Positions 1 to 9,722 of a DNA stretch of 64,000 nucleotides are shown in pieces; positions within the stretch are counted from its first letter, which is position 1; each line of letters begins with the position of its first letter. The notes under the pieces are model-generated. The model was not told where the DNA came from. It saw nothing but the letters and a program-made list of their open reading frames with translations, and did no database searches. The position numbers and the translations under genes were made by a program. The stretch lies in contig JBJBDC010000001.1 of the NCBI GenBank assembly GCA_047285535.1, positions 928,136-992,135 on the forward strand, in the 5' to 3' direction. This DNA comes from Synechococcus sp. GTDB lineage: Bacteria; Cyanobacteriota; Cyanobacteriia; PCC-6307; Cyanobiaceae.

Positions 1-2
1 AA

Positions 3-329
3 CGACCAGGTCCTGATGGGGTGTTGGAGGTTGGGGCCAACCAAACCATGGAAGCCCTAGTTGAAGTCTATGAATCTGACATCAATCAGATTTCCATTGG
101 ACAACCTGTGAGCTTGATTAGCGAAAACGGTGGATTTGAAGGGACACTTGAAGGCCGTGTCCAGAGCATTTCTCCTCAAGTACGGCAAAGGGAAGTGCTT
201 TCAACAGATCCCACTGGTGATGCAGATGCCAGGGTCATTGAAGTGGATGTGGCTCTTGCGCCTGAATCTGCCGAGCGAGTGACTCAACTCTCAGGTTTGA
301 AGGTGATTGCCCGCTTTAAGGCCCAATGA
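3..329 (+). CDS. devB: HlyD/DevB-family ABC exporter membrane-fusion subunit, 3' part only (gene starts before the window)
   Basis: Frame open from base 3 (RPGPDGVLEVGANQTM...). C-terminal 'VEVYESDI..I.IGQ.V' and 'DPTGDADARVIEV' are typical of DevB. Overlaps the devC start (ATGA). Confidence 0.85.
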   Translation, partial: RPGPDGVLEVGANQTMEALVEVYESDINQISIGQPVSLISENGGFEGTLEGRVQSISPQVRQREVLSTDPTGDADARVIEVDVALAPESAERVTQLSGLKVIARFKAQ

Positions 330-1498
330 TCCGAGCCTTCTGGCAACGGCGCAAGATTCCGTTGGCGTCATTGATGCTGATCAGGCAGCCCGTTCGTTTG
401 GTGGTTGCTCTTGCTGGGATCAGTTTTGCCGGAATTCTGATGTTCATGCAGCTGGGTTTCCGCGATGGTTTGTTTGAAGCCAGCGTCACCGTTCATCGTC
501 TTTTGGATGCTGACGTCGTGTTGATCAGCCCGCGCTCAACCAGTTCAGTCAGCATGGCGGGCTTTCCTCGCAGGCGACTGGTCCAGGCCATGGCGTCTCC
601 TGAAGTTGAAGGAATCACACCCGTGAACTGGAATCTGTTGCTTTGGAGAAATCCTGAAACTCTTGGGACTCGCTCCATTCTTGCGTTGGGTTTCGAACCC
701 GGACATCCCTTATTTACGGATCCAACATTGGCCGCAAAAGCCAAACTCTTAACGCAAAAAGGGAGGGTCCTCTTTGACGAGCAATCAAGGCCGGAGTTTG
801 GTCCCGTAGCTCAATGGTTTCGTGAAGGACGAACTGTTGAAAGCGAGATTGCAGGCAAGAGAGTGCGAGTGGTTGGTCTTGTTGGCCTTGGCGCGTCGTT
901 TGGTGCTGATGGCAACTTGCTAACAAGCAGTGAAACATTCTTGGATCTAATTCCCAACACTCCCTCAGGGAGCATCGAAGTTGGCTTGGTTCGTCTTAAG
1001 CCCGGAAGTGATGCAAATCGATTTGCACACCAGCTCCAGGCACGTTTACCAGCCGATGTGACCGTCCTCACCAAACAGGGGTTCATCGATTTCGAGCAAA
1101 ATTATTGGCGAACGAGCACGTCCATCGGCTTCATCTTCACCCTCGGCGCCGCGATGGGTTTTGTAGTTGGATGCGTGATTGTTTATCAGGTTCTTTATTC
1201 AGACGTCAGCGATCATTTACCTGAGTACGCCACCTTGATGGCCATGGGTTACACGCTCAAAAGCTTGCTTGGGGTGGTCGTGAGAGAAGGCTTATTGCTT
1301 GCAGTGTTTGGCTATTTGCCGGCCTATGCCGCTGGACAAGGCCTTTACCTCCTAGTACGCAGTGCCACCCAGTTACCCGTGTCGATGAACACCGTTCGAG
1401 CCGTCAGTGTGTTCAGCATGATCTTGATCATGTGCATGCTTTCCGCTGGTTTGGCGATGCGCCGACTCGTTGATGCCGATCCTGCAGAGATTTTCTAA
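326..1498 (+). CDS. devC: DevC-family ABC exporter permease (FtsX-like)
   Basis: 390 aa; 'GISFAGILMFMQLGF', 'YQVLYSDVSDHLPEYATLMAMGY', C-terminal 'DADPAEIF'. Confidence 0.93.
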   Translation: MIRAFWQRRKIPLASLMLIRQPVRLVVALAGISFAGILMFMQLGFRDGLFEASVTVHRLLDADVVLISPRSTSSVSMAGFPRRRLVQAMASPEVEGITPVNWNLLLWRNPETLGTRSILALGFEPGHPLFTDPTLAAKAKLLTQKGRVLFDEQSRPEFGPVAQWFREGRTVESEIAGKRVRVVGLVGLGASFGADGNLLTSSETFLDLIPNTPSGSIEVGLVRLKPGSDANRFAHQLQARLPADVTVLTKQGFIDFEQNYWRTSTSIGFIFTLGAAMGFVVGCVIVYQVLYSDVSDHLPEYATLMAMGYTLKSLLGVVVREGLLLAVFGYLPAYAAGQGLYLLVRSATQLPVSMNTVRAVSVFSMILIMCMLSAGLAMRRLVDADPAEIF

Positions 1499-1502
1499 AG
1501 CG

Positions 1503-2195
1503 ATGGCGCACAACTCACTTTCAGTTGAGATTCATGAGCTCAGTCATTGGTATGGAAAAGGCTCCACACGTCGTCAGGTCTTGCAAGGAGTTGACCTTCA
1601 AATTTCTGCAGGGGAGGTCGTGCTACTAACCGGTCCTTCCGGTTGCGGGAAGACGACCTTGCTCACCCTGATTGGAGCATTACGACAGGTTCAGGAGGGA
1701 ACTGTTGAAGTTTTTGGAGAGCAGCTCCGTGGTGCTGCAAGAAGCCAACGCCAACGCTTACGGCGGCGCATTGGCATGATTTTCCAAGGTCATAATCTGC
1801 TTCGTTGCCTAACGGCTGAGCAGAATGTTCAGATGGGGGCGGATCTGTTACCCAATCTTGGGTATCGGGCGCGTCGCGATCAAGCAAGGGAATGGTTGCG
1901 CTCGGTTGGTCTTGAAGACGAATTGAACAAACGTCCCCATGACCTCTCCGGGGGGCAAAAACAACGGGTTGCCATTGCACGAGCTCTTGCAGCAAAACCT
2001 CAGCTCCTGCTTGCAGATGAACCAACTGCCGCTCTCGATAGCGGAACTGGTCGTGAAGTTGTGGAACTATTGAAGCGGCTTGCTCGGGATCAATCGTGTT
2101 CTGTGTTGATGGTGACCCATGACCCGCGCATTCTTGATGTAGCAGATCGTCTTGTTCGAATGGAGGATGGACATCTCTATCAGACGATTGGTTAA
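1503..2195 (+). CDS. devA: DevA-family ABC exporter ATP-binding subunit
   Basis: Walker A GPSGCGKT, signature LSGGQKQRVAIARAL, ADEPT; ATG at 1503 just after the devC stop. Confidence 0.93.
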   Translation: MAHNSLSVEIHELSHWYGKGSTRRQVLQGVDLQISAGEVVLLTGPSGCGKTTLLTLIGALRQVQEGTVEVFGEQLRGAARSQRQRLRRRIGMIFQGHNLLRCLTAEQNVQMGADLLPNLGYRARRDQAREWLRSVGLEDELNKRPHDLSGGQKQRVAIARALAAKPQLLLADEPTAALDSGTGREVVELLKRLARDQSCSVLMVTHDPRILDVADRLVRMEDGHLYQTIG

Positions 2196-2233
2196 ATTGG
2201 TCTGAATCCAAGAGTTGGAATCTTCCAAAACGC

Positions 2234-2389
2234 ATGTCCAAGCGCAGAAACCTCAAAAAGGAAAAGCAGGAGCGCAATCGCGCTTATGCCCGCAAGTTCA
2301 AAAAGCGCAAGCTCCGCAACGATGGCCGTGGTGAAGGTGCTGGCAACGGAGTAACAGGAACAGCCAACAACGGTGGCGCGGCAGATTGA
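2234..2389 (+). CDS. Small basic protein, 51 aa (MSKRRNLKKEKQERNRAYARKFKKRKLRNDGRGEGAGNGVTGTANNGGAAD)
   Basis: Hand-translated ATG 2234 to TGA 2389, below the ORF-track cutoff; fills the gap and is followed by a terminator. Confidence 0.75.
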   Translation: MSKRRNLKKEKQERNRAYARKFKKRKLRNDGRGEGAGNGVTGTANNGGAAD

Positions 2390-2418
2390 TCAGTTCAACT
2401 TAACCCTGCATCTGTAGC

Positions 2419-2448
2419 AAAAAAAGGGAGGGTTGAACCCTCCTTTTT
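2419..2448 (+). terminator. Intrinsic terminator, possibly bidirectional
   Basis: AAAAAAAGGGAGGGT-TGA-ACCCTCCTTTTT hairpin with A and T tracts. Confidence 0.8.
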
Positions 2449-2490
2449 CAATGGCTTTAGTCTGGACTTCTAGTGCCCTTTTTCGCACGG

Positions 2491-3423
2491 ATGTTCATTA
2501 GCGTCGTCATTCCTACTTACAACCGGCGCCCGATTCTCGAAAAGTGTCTAGAGGCTCTTGAGACACAAGATCCAAGCGGAGAAATCGAGAACTATGAAGT
2601 GATTGTCGTCGATGACGGTTCCAGTGACGGCACTCCAGAGTGGTTACGTCAGAACGCTGATCGCTTCCCTCATGTCTGTCTTGTTGAACAAGAGCATGGG
2701 GGACCGGCAGAAGGGCGTAATCGGGGCGTAGATCATGCCGCAGGAGATGTAATTGTTTTCATTGACAGCGATTTAGTGGTTACAGCAGGCTTCCTGGCCT
2801 GCCATTCCCGAGCCTTGAGTCGTCATTGGAATCGCCAAGGCAATCGACTCTGTTTTACTTATGGAGCCGTAATCAATACGGCCAACTTTGAGCATCCAAC
2901 CAAGGAGCGGCACAAACTGCGCGATTTGTCGTGGGCTTACTTCGCAACGGGAAACGTAGCCATCGATCGTGGGGTTTTGGAGCGTTCTGGATTATTTGAT
3001 GTTGGTTTCCGTCTCTACGGCTGGGAAGATCTGGAGCTCGGAGAGCGACTGAGACAGATGGGGGTTGAACTCGTGAAGTGTCCTGAAGCAGTGGGCTATC
3101 ACTGGCATCCGGCGTTTCGACTCGATCAAATCCCAGACTTGATTCGCGTCGAGCGTGAACGCGCGCGCATGGGATTGGTCTTCTATCGCAAACACCCCAG
3201 TCGTCGGGTTCGGTTCATTATTCAGTTCACATGGTTACATCGTTTGCTCTGGGCTTTACTCACTCTTGGAGGTCTCCTCAATGAACACAGCCTCCGACCA
3301 GCAATGGCCTGGCTCATTCAACGGGGACAGCCATCACTGGCCCTTGAATTGCTGCGTCTCCCCCTCAACCGAATCGGTGTTGAAGCGCTCTATCGCGAAG
3401 CTCGTCAGGCAGGCTTGAACTAA
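2491..3423 (+). CDS. Glycosyltransferase family 2
   Basis: 'ISVVIPTYNR', 'VVDDGSSD', 'FIDSD' (DxD), 'GWEDLELG'. Confidence 0.92.
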   Translation: MFISVVIPTYNRRPILEKCLEALETQDPSGEIENYEVIVVDDGSSDGTPEWLRQNADRFPHVCLVEQEHGGPAEGRNRGVDHAAGDVIVFIDSDLVVTAGFLACHSRALSRHWNRQGNRLCFTYGAVINTANFEHPTKERHKLRDLSWAYFATGNVAIDRGVLERSGLFDVGFRLYGWEDLELGERLRQMGVELVKCPEAVGYHWHPAFRLDQIPDLIRVERERARMGLVFYRKHPSRRVRFIIQFTWLHRLLWALLTLGGLLNEHSLRPAMAWLIQRGQPSLALELLRLPLNRIGVEALYREARQAGLN

Positions 3424-3431
3424 ATCCAGAA

Positions 3432-4190
3432 GTGGCAGAGCTGCGTCGATTACTGATCGAGCCCAAAAGGCTGGCCGAGAGAAATACCAATGGTTGTCTT
3501 GTTCTCCGTGAGGAAGAACGTCATTACCTCCGCCGTGTTCTACGTCTGCGTCCTGGAGCCGCTGTAGCTGTGGTTGATGGCCGCGGCCATCTTTTGCAAG
3601 GACGGCTTCAGACGGAAGGAGATCTCCTTCTTCCCTTCATCGCTCCGCAATCGTCACTACAAAGCACTCCGCAGATTGGTTTAGCGATTTCCATCGTGCG
3701 TCGAGGCATGGACGATGTCATGCGGATGGCTTGTGAGTTGGGCGTGGATTGCATCCAACCCCTTCGATCAAAGCGATCGCCACCTCAAGCGGACTACAGA
3801 CCCGAGCGCTGGCAGACCATTTTGAGAGAAGCCCTAGAACAGTGCGAACGACTCTGGATGCCACAGCTTTTACCATTGATCTCCTCCGATCAATGGTGGG
3901 ATGTACCAGGCTCTAAAGAAATGCTGGCGATTGCAACCACCCGTGTAGAGGGTCTGAACGACTTCACTTTTTGGTTGCAACGCAAGCACCCTAGAAACTC
4001 TTGTGTCTGGATCGCCATTGGTCCCGAGGGAGGCTGGGATCCAAAAGAACAGGCTCAAGCCATCGCGGAAGGATGGTCACCAATCAGTTTGAGTGATGAC
4101 ATCCTGCGGACATCGACAGCAGCCGTTGCAGGTCTTGCGACACTCAGTAATTGGCGTCGGTCTCATCAATGGGAATCAGCTTCTGAATAG
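3432..4190 (+). CDS. rsmE: 16S rRNA m3U1498 methyltransferase
   Basis: 'HYLRRVLRL', 'EALEQCER', 'IGPEGGW', 'ILRTSTA' SPOUT/RsmE motifs; GTG start. Confidence 0.92.
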   Translation: MAELRRLLIEPKRLAERNTNGCLVLREEERHYLRRVLRLRPGAAVAVVDGRGHLLQGRLQTEGDLLLPFIAPQSSLQSTPQIGLAISIVRRGMDDVMRMACELGVDCIQPLRSKRSPPQADYRPERWQTILREALEQCERLWMPQLLPLISSDQWWDVPGSKEMLAIATTRVEGLNDFTFWLQRKHPRNSCVWIAIGPEGGWDPKEQAQAIAEGWSPISLSDDILRTSTAAVAGLATLSNWRRSHQWESASE

Positions 4191-4604
4191 ATCAGAGGCC
4201 ATATCACGAAATCCCTTCAAATTGCTACCGGGCTTGCGTCGGGAGGAACGAAGGTTCAGACCGGGACGAAGCATCTCTGGAGCAAAAGTGCTGAGCGAAA
4301 CTGCAGGACGCGCGGCCGCATCCGCTGCCAATTCAGCGGCAATGGCCTCGGCCGTGGTGAGGTTGGCTGAAGACAGGGATGAGCTGTCCTCTTTCTGCAG
4401 ATTTGTCTTTGGTTTTGAATCCGTCTTTTGCTTTGCGCGTGCTGGTGAGGAAAGCGCGGCTGGAGAAGGCACCGCTTTCGCAACAGGTTCCTCCTCCTGT
4501 CCATTCTCATCGGGGAGCTCTCGTACAGGCGCCATCTGTATCGCCTGCTCATTCGAGGTGCTTTCCTCGAGGTTGAGGAAAAAGCCTTTGCGCTTCAGCA
4601 CCAT
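4176..4604 (-). CDS. Hypothetical protein (low-complexity, Ala/Ser/Pro-rich)
   Basis: ATG at 4604 (MVLKRKGFFLNL...); ends 'GFRDMASDLFRS'; best frame in the gap. Confidence 0.65.
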   Translation of the reverse strand: MVLKRKGFFLNLEESTSNEQAIQMAPVRELPDENGQEEEPVAKAVPSPAALSSPARAKQKTDSKPKTNLQKEDSSSLSSANLTTAEAIAAELAADAAARPAVSLSTFAPEMLRPGLNLRSSRRKPGSNLKGFRDMASDLFRS

Positions 4605-4663
4605 GCCGGGTTCCGGTGGACAACGTGGGCTGATTATCCAACCCAAAGAGCCCCAATGGACTG

Positions 4664-5443
4664 ATGCTTAGGGCAGTGCAACACGGTTCAATAGTTTTGC
4701 CGGATCAGAACATCACAACTTGGGGTGTTGCCCTTCTCATCAATGGCCTGTTGATAACCCTCGCCCAGAGGCTTCCAGTCCTGACGAAAAAGGGTTGGAT
4801 GCATGCCGGCATCCTTGGCACGATCCTTTGGGGATGCCTGGGCTGGAGAGGCTGGTTGGCTGTCGTTCTTTACCTGGTGCTTGGATCACTGGTGACACGC
4901 CTTGGCTTTGCTGAGAAACTCCAGCAGGGTCTAGCGGAGGCGAGAGAAGGCAGGCGGGGACCCGCAAACGTCTGGGGATCTGCCCTGACCGGCACAGTCA
5001 TTGCCTTAGTCATTGGAGCTGGCGTTGGCTCTACAACACTTTTATTGATTGGTTTTGCAGCCAGCTTCACTGCCAAACTGGCTGACACGTTCGGCAGTGA
5101 AATAGGTAAACGCTGGGGCAGAACTACCGTTTTGATCACCACTCTTCGCAGAGTCCCAGCAGGAACCGAAGGGGCTGTGAGCTTGGAAGGCACCATAGCG
5201 AGTGCCTTTGGCAGCCTGCTCATGGCATTAACGATGGCGATGCTGTCAGTGGTGACATCTCCCTCAGCCATGATTTTGGTAGCGATTGTGGGCCTGATTG
5301 GGACCTTGCTGGAAAGCCTGATTGGGGCCCTGGCTCAAGAGAAGATCAGCTGGCTATCCAATGAACTCGTCAACGGCTTGCAAACCGCATGGTCCGCAGT
5401 CTTAGCAATGCTGATCTCTGTGTGGCTAGGAATTACTGGGTGA
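4664..5443 (+). CDS. DUF92 / TIGR00297 family integral membrane protein
   Basis: 'GRRGPANVWGS', 'AKLADTFGSEIGK', 'GTEGAVSLEGT', 'NELVN'; true start may be slightly downstream. Confidence 0.88.
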   Translation: MLRAVQHGSIVLPDQNITTWGVALLINGLLITLAQRLPVLTKKGWMHAGILGTILWGCLGWRGWLAVVLYLVLGSLVTRLGFAEKLQQGLAEAREGRRGPANVWGSALTGTVIALVIGAGVGSTTLLLIGFAASFTAKLADTFGSEIGKRWGRTTVLITTLRRVPAGTEGAVSLEGTIASAFGSLLMALTMAMLSVVTSPSAMILVAIVGLIGTLLESLIGALAQEKISWLSNELVNGLQTAWSAVLAMLISVWLGITG

Positions 5444-6206
5444 TTTCAGTCTGTGCTGCCACCTTTCGCAACTGGCTTAGCGAAACTCGGATTGCTTTTC
5501 GCAGCAGACGCGGGTTGAGATTCTCTCTCAAAGCAAGATCTTTAATGGGAACGTTGTCGATGTAGCGAGCACGAAGCCAGTCACTCTGTTTCGGGTCCAG
5601 ATCAGAAAGGGCGTCTTGCAACCAATCAAAAGCCTTTTCATCAACCTGGTCCTGTACTGATGAAGAATCTTCGATCTGATCAAGCAGAGTGCCACTCTGT
5701 TCACCGCTTGACGCATGGGTGCCAAGCACAACATCAAGCGAGCTCACCTTCCCGACGGCGTGTGCAACAACGGCATCCCTCCAACGCTGAAGACTGACAT
5801 TGAGAGATTCAGACAGACCTTTCTCATCCAGTGGCTCGAGCATTGTCTGAAGGCGTTGAGCCTGCAGCCGCTTACCGCGACTGTGCAAATCCTTCAATCG
5901 CCAAGGAATGCGTAGTGAGTGCTGACGATCGCGACGAAAATGCAAGATTTGGCCATGAACCCTGGCCAAGGCATAGGTGCTCAGACGAAAACCACGCTTT
6001 GGGTCAAAATTGGCCACTCCATTGATCAACCCCAAGCAAGCTTCTTGAATTAAATCGTCCTGCTCGCCTGGGTATTGATTTACATGATGAATAGCAGCGT
6101 AATGAGCCAATCCAAGATTTTGAATCACAGCATCGTTGCGATCAAGAATTGACTGAGGAAGTTTTCTGCGCTGCTCGCGCCGTTGAAGGCTCTGAGTGGA
6201 AGGCAT
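5433..6206 (-). CDS. Alternative (group 3, SigF/SigB-like) sigma-70 factor
   Basis: Region 2 'DDLIQEACLGL...FDPKRGFRLSTYA...GQILHFRRD', 'SSLD' motif, C-terminal region-4-like HTH. Confidence 0.88.
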   Translation of the reverse strand: MPSTQSLQRREQRRKLPQSILDRNDAVIQNLGLAHYAAIHHVNQYPGEQDDLIQEACLGLINGVANFDPKRGFRLSTYALARVHGQILHFRRDRQHSLRIPWRLKDLHSRGKRLQAQRLQTMLEPLDEKGLSESLNVSLQRWRDAVVAHAVGKVSSLDVVLGTHASSGEQSGTLLDQIEDSSSVQDQVDEKAFDWLQDALSDLDPKQSDWLRARYIDNVPIKDLALRENLNPRLLRKAIRVSLSQLRKVAAQTEITQ

Positions 6207-6272
6207 GAAGTGTGATCCTCTGCAACCCCATCAACGTCGCTTTCATCTCGACTTCGACCCTCCTTCTTTCCA

Positions 6273-6503
6273 ATGAAGTCCTTCACTCAAAAGGATGAAA
6301 TCCCAGACCTCAAAAGAGCAAGCCAATGTTGGGGCGAGGAAGATCTAGAGCACTCATGGACTGGTTCACTTCGGACACTCTTGAAACTTCCCCAGTTTGA
6401 AAGCAGCTGCCGTGAAACGATGGATCGAAATTCAATCGAATTCCTTGCAAGAGCGCTGAAAAACTCCTGTCGCCATAAGGTCCAATCCTGGATCTATTAT
6501 TGA
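6273..6503 (+). CDS. Hypothetical protein, 76 aa
   Basis: ATG-started ORF divergent from the sigma gene; no recognisable motif. Confidence 0.3.
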   Translation: MKSFTQKDEIPDLKRASQCWGEEDLEHSWTGSLRTLLKLPQFESSCRETMDRNSIEFLARALKNSCRHKVQSWIYY

Positions 6504-6516
6504 AAGAGCTGCGCGC

Positions 6517-6750
6517 ATGATCTTGAATCACAAAGACACCCTTAAGGCCTTCATTTATTCTGCTCTTGTATTTGGAGTAGCCATCACACAGGGCGCTTCT
6601 ACAAAGGCGGAGGATTCCATTGATGACTGGTATGAGAGCCGTCCTCCAGCACAACTTTGCGAGCTTTATCGCTCTGGCGCTATACAACCAGATCAGTTAC
6701 CTGGAGGCAGAAGCTCAACGCCTTGCGCCAACTTTCCGGATGCCGAATAA
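6517..6750 (+). CDS. Small putative secreted protein, 77 aa
   Basis: Signal-peptide-like N-terminus ('AFIYSALVFGVAITQGASTKA'); two Cys in the mature part. Confidence 0.6.
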   Translation: MILNHKDTLKAFIYSALVFGVAITQGASTKAEDSIDDWYESRPPAQLCELYRSGAIQPDQLPGGRSSTPCANFPDAE

Positions 6751-7490
6751 CCATTCAGAAACAAGGCCAAACACTCATTAGCGAGATCCATTCCCGTCAG
6801 CAGGCGGAATGGGAAATCGATGCAACAAACAACAGGCATCAGAAGACCTGGAATGGATTGCCTTCACACCAAAGGTAAAGCCACCCTACCTAAAACCCAA
6901 TTGCCTCTTTTTAAAGAGATTATGAAAGAAACAACCTAGCTAAACTGATGTACCCAATCCAATTGCCCATAAAGCTATAGCCAAAAACTAACGCAATCCA
7001 GCAGCGCTCGTCCTCCCAAACAATTCAACACAAACCTTAGACTTCAACCGCTCACGTCAACGCGAGCAACTGATGCTGACTTAGATCGCAATGAGTCAAT
7101 GAGGCATCTGAATATTCACATGAATGATGACGCAGGCTCGCTCAACATATCCAAGCAACGCAAGAAAACGAATGCGCTGCAATCAGGCACTACGATGTTC
7201 ACCCCAAATCACTCATCGAATGGGTTTGGGCCTTTTTCAATTTAAAACAGGATTGGACTGAAAGAGTCTCATCTGAGGCCACAAAGACAAAAGATTGAAA
7301 TCAAGAACAAGAAGACGCTTCAACTGAAGAACGGGAAGATCTGATGGAGTGGTGCACGAGCAGTCTTATTCATGCAATCGACACAAGACAGCTCCCTAAA
7401 CAATGAAAACGTGACGTTGCTCAGGTCGTTCAATACTTAAAGAATTGCAGTTCTCCTACCCGTTCCCAGATGCCCTAAGGCTCACCTCCA

Positions 7491-8180
7491 CTACACCACG
7501 GGTGTGAGTTGATGCTGCTGCTCAAATCCGGCCCAATTCAAAAGTGGCTTCCAATTCTGCAGCCGCTGATGAATCCAGTGGTGGCCATTGCTGTTGAGAT
7601 GAATCCCATCCGGTTCCAACCAAGTCAACCAATCAGGTTCCGCCTCCATCGCTCTGTGCAGGCTTAAAAAAGGAACATCAGCTTCTAAACAGGCCTCCTC
7701 CAATTGGGCCTCATGAATGGCAACGGCCTCATTGCTGTACCAAAGACAGTTGGCAAAAGGCATAACCGCTTCATCCACAACGCCAAGTCCCATCACCATG
7801 ACTTTCGTCACAGGAGTCATAGCCATGAGCAGTTGCTCAAGACCAAAGCGAAAAGCGTCAGAACTTAATTGCTGTCGTCCATCAGGCCGTCCGATACGAG
7901 CACTGTCATTCAGTCCAACCGACAAGAGCAGACCATCAGGCTGCTGACGACGTAATTCACCGCGACAGCACCATTCTTGCTGCCAACGTTGTGCAATGCG
8001 CTCCAGTCCATCCCCCCGCACGCCAAGGCCATAAACAACTGGAGCAGAGGGGATCGTCATCCATTGACGCCTCAATCGTTCACACCATCCACCTCCTTCT
8101 TGATCGCCCCAGCCATACACACCGCTATCGCCGATCACGACAAGCTGCCGAAGCACTGGTGTCTTCACTGTCTCGGTCAC
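7491..8180 (-). CDS. GDSL/SGNH-family lipase/esterase
   Basis: 'VIGDSGVYG', 'SVGLND', 'DGIHLN' SGNH blocks. Confidence 0.9.
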   Translation of the reverse strand: MTETVKTPVLRQLVVIGDSGVYGWGDQEGGGWCERLRRQWMTIPSAPVVYGLGVRGDGLERIAQRWQQEWCCRGELRRQQPDGLLLSVGLNDSARIGRPDGRQQLSSDAFRFGLEQLLMAMTPVTKVMVMGLGVVDEAVMPFANCLWYSNEAVAIHEAQLEEACLEADVPFLSLHRAMEAEPDWLTWLEPDGIHLNSNGHHWIHQRLQNWKPLLNWAGFEQQHQLTPVV

Positions 8181-8192
8181 ACAATCCTGACG

Positions 8193-9722
8193 TCAGCTTT
8201 GCAGCCAGACCAAACGGCAGCGATCACTCAAGGATTCGCCACCGATTGTTAGAGCGCAGTAACAACTGATCAACAACACCACTGCAGCCCAATGGAAGGA
8301 ACTCAGTGATTCCAGCAGCTGCCATCCCAGACCGCTACCCCCGATCACTCCAACCACGACCGTTTCACGGAGAATCACATCACTGCGGTAAGCCCCGTAG
8401 GCCAGATAACTGGGACTTTGAGGACTCAGCAATCCGTAGAGCCAACTCATGCGTTCTGAAATCCCCATTGCTCTCAGGGCCGTTTGCCGCTGACGATTTT
8501 GCTGGTGCAAACCTTCGAGAAGAAGCCGACCCATCACTCCACTGTTATGCAGACCGATTGCCAAGGCACCAATGGCCAAGCTGGGCGTATTGCTCAGAAG
8601 CAAAAGGAGAACCAACAGTGTCGGTGGAATCCAGCGCATGAAAGCCCAGAACATGGAGCAGACCTGATGCCACCTCGGTGATGGCCAGAGAAGCAAGGCC
8701 AGGGGGGGAAGTCCAATCGCAATGCCCGCAGCCAAAACTGTGAGACAGAGAGTTTCCATGATCATGCGCAGCCAGGGAAGTTCAGTCGCAGCGGCGTTGA
8801 GTTCCGTCCAAGAGGGGGCTTCGATACCGATCCAGTTGAATCCTGAGGACAGGTCAGGAACGAGATATCCCAACCAAAGCGTCCCAATCACGCCCAACAC
8901 CAAGGTCAGTGTGGTGAACAACAACAATCGACGCTGACCATGCACACCGACTCCAGAACGGTTTCGCCAAAGCCTCAACAGCTGTTCAAGAATCAGCATC
9001 ACAGCCGCTAAGAGCCACAAGCCAGTCCATAACTCGCGAAACCGTAGGGACTGAAGTGTCAGTTGCAGCTCGGTGCCAAGACCTCCAAGACCAAACACCC
9101 CGAGCAATGTGGCACTTCGGAGTGAACACTCAAGCCGGTATCCCCCGTAACTCATCAGGACGGACGTCATCCCTGGATTAAGCGCCGTCATCAAGGCTGA
9201 TATCGGATGCGCCCCTGTGCTGACGAGAGCATGAAGAGGACCGTGTTCTGCGCTATCGAGTTGATCTCTCCAAATCCTTGCCACCAGAGCGCTATAGGGA
9301 AGTGCGATGGCGGCTACAGCGACATAGGGATGGAGCCCCAGAACTTGCAGGAGCAAGAGACCCCACACCAACTCATGGACGGCTCTTGGTACGGCAAGGA
9401 GCCCACGAAGGCCGCGCGCCGGCCAAGCAGGAAGATGCCAGGTTCTCCACACCACATCTGCACAAACCGTGCCGAGCAGAACACCCAACATCAAGCTGAG
9501 ACTCCAGCTCATCAAAGCGGTGGCCATCGTGATGCAAAGGCCATGCACAACCGCATGCACAACGTCAGCCTCCAAGGAGGGATGAAGGGCCCCTGAGAGA
9601 CATTGCTGCCAAATAGAAAGGCCACCTCCATGCAGACCTGTCCAAGTCACAATCAGCACTGGCACCAGCGCCATGGCTGGCAACAACGTGAGCACTGGCG
9701 CCGCTGGACTCAGGCGGTTCAT
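8193..9722 (-). CDS. phnE: Phosphonate/phosphite ABC transporter permease (two fused PhnE/PtxC modules)
   Basis: Two permease repeats ('RAVHELVWG', 'RSATLLGVFGLGGLG', 'RETVVVGVIGGSGLG'); ATG 9722 overlaps the phnC stop. Confidence 0.88.
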   Translation of the reverse strand: MNRLSPAAPVLTLLPAMALVPVLIVTWTGLHGGGLSIWQQCLSGALHPSLEADVVHAVVHGLCITMATALMSWSLSLMLGVLLGTVCADVVWRTWHLPAWPARGLRGLLAVPRAVHELVWGLLLLQVLGLHPYVAVAAIALPYSALVARIWRDQLDSAEHGPLHALVSTGAHPISALMTALNPGMTSVLMSYGGYRLECSLRSATLLGVFGLGGLGTELQLTLQSLRFRELWTGLWLLAAVMLILEQLLRLWRNRSGVGVHGQRRLLLFTTLTLVLGVIGTLWLGYLVPDLSSGFNWIGIEAPSWTELNAAATELPWLRMIMETLCLTVLAAGIAIGLPPLALLLWPSPRWHQVCSMFWAFMRWIPPTLLVLLLLLSNTPSLAIGALAIGLHNSGVMGRLLLEGLHQQNRQRQTALRAMGISERMSWLYGLLSPQSPSYLAYGAYRSDVILRETVVVGVIGGSGLGWQLLESLSSFHWAAVVLLISCYCALTIGGESLSDRCRLVWLQS

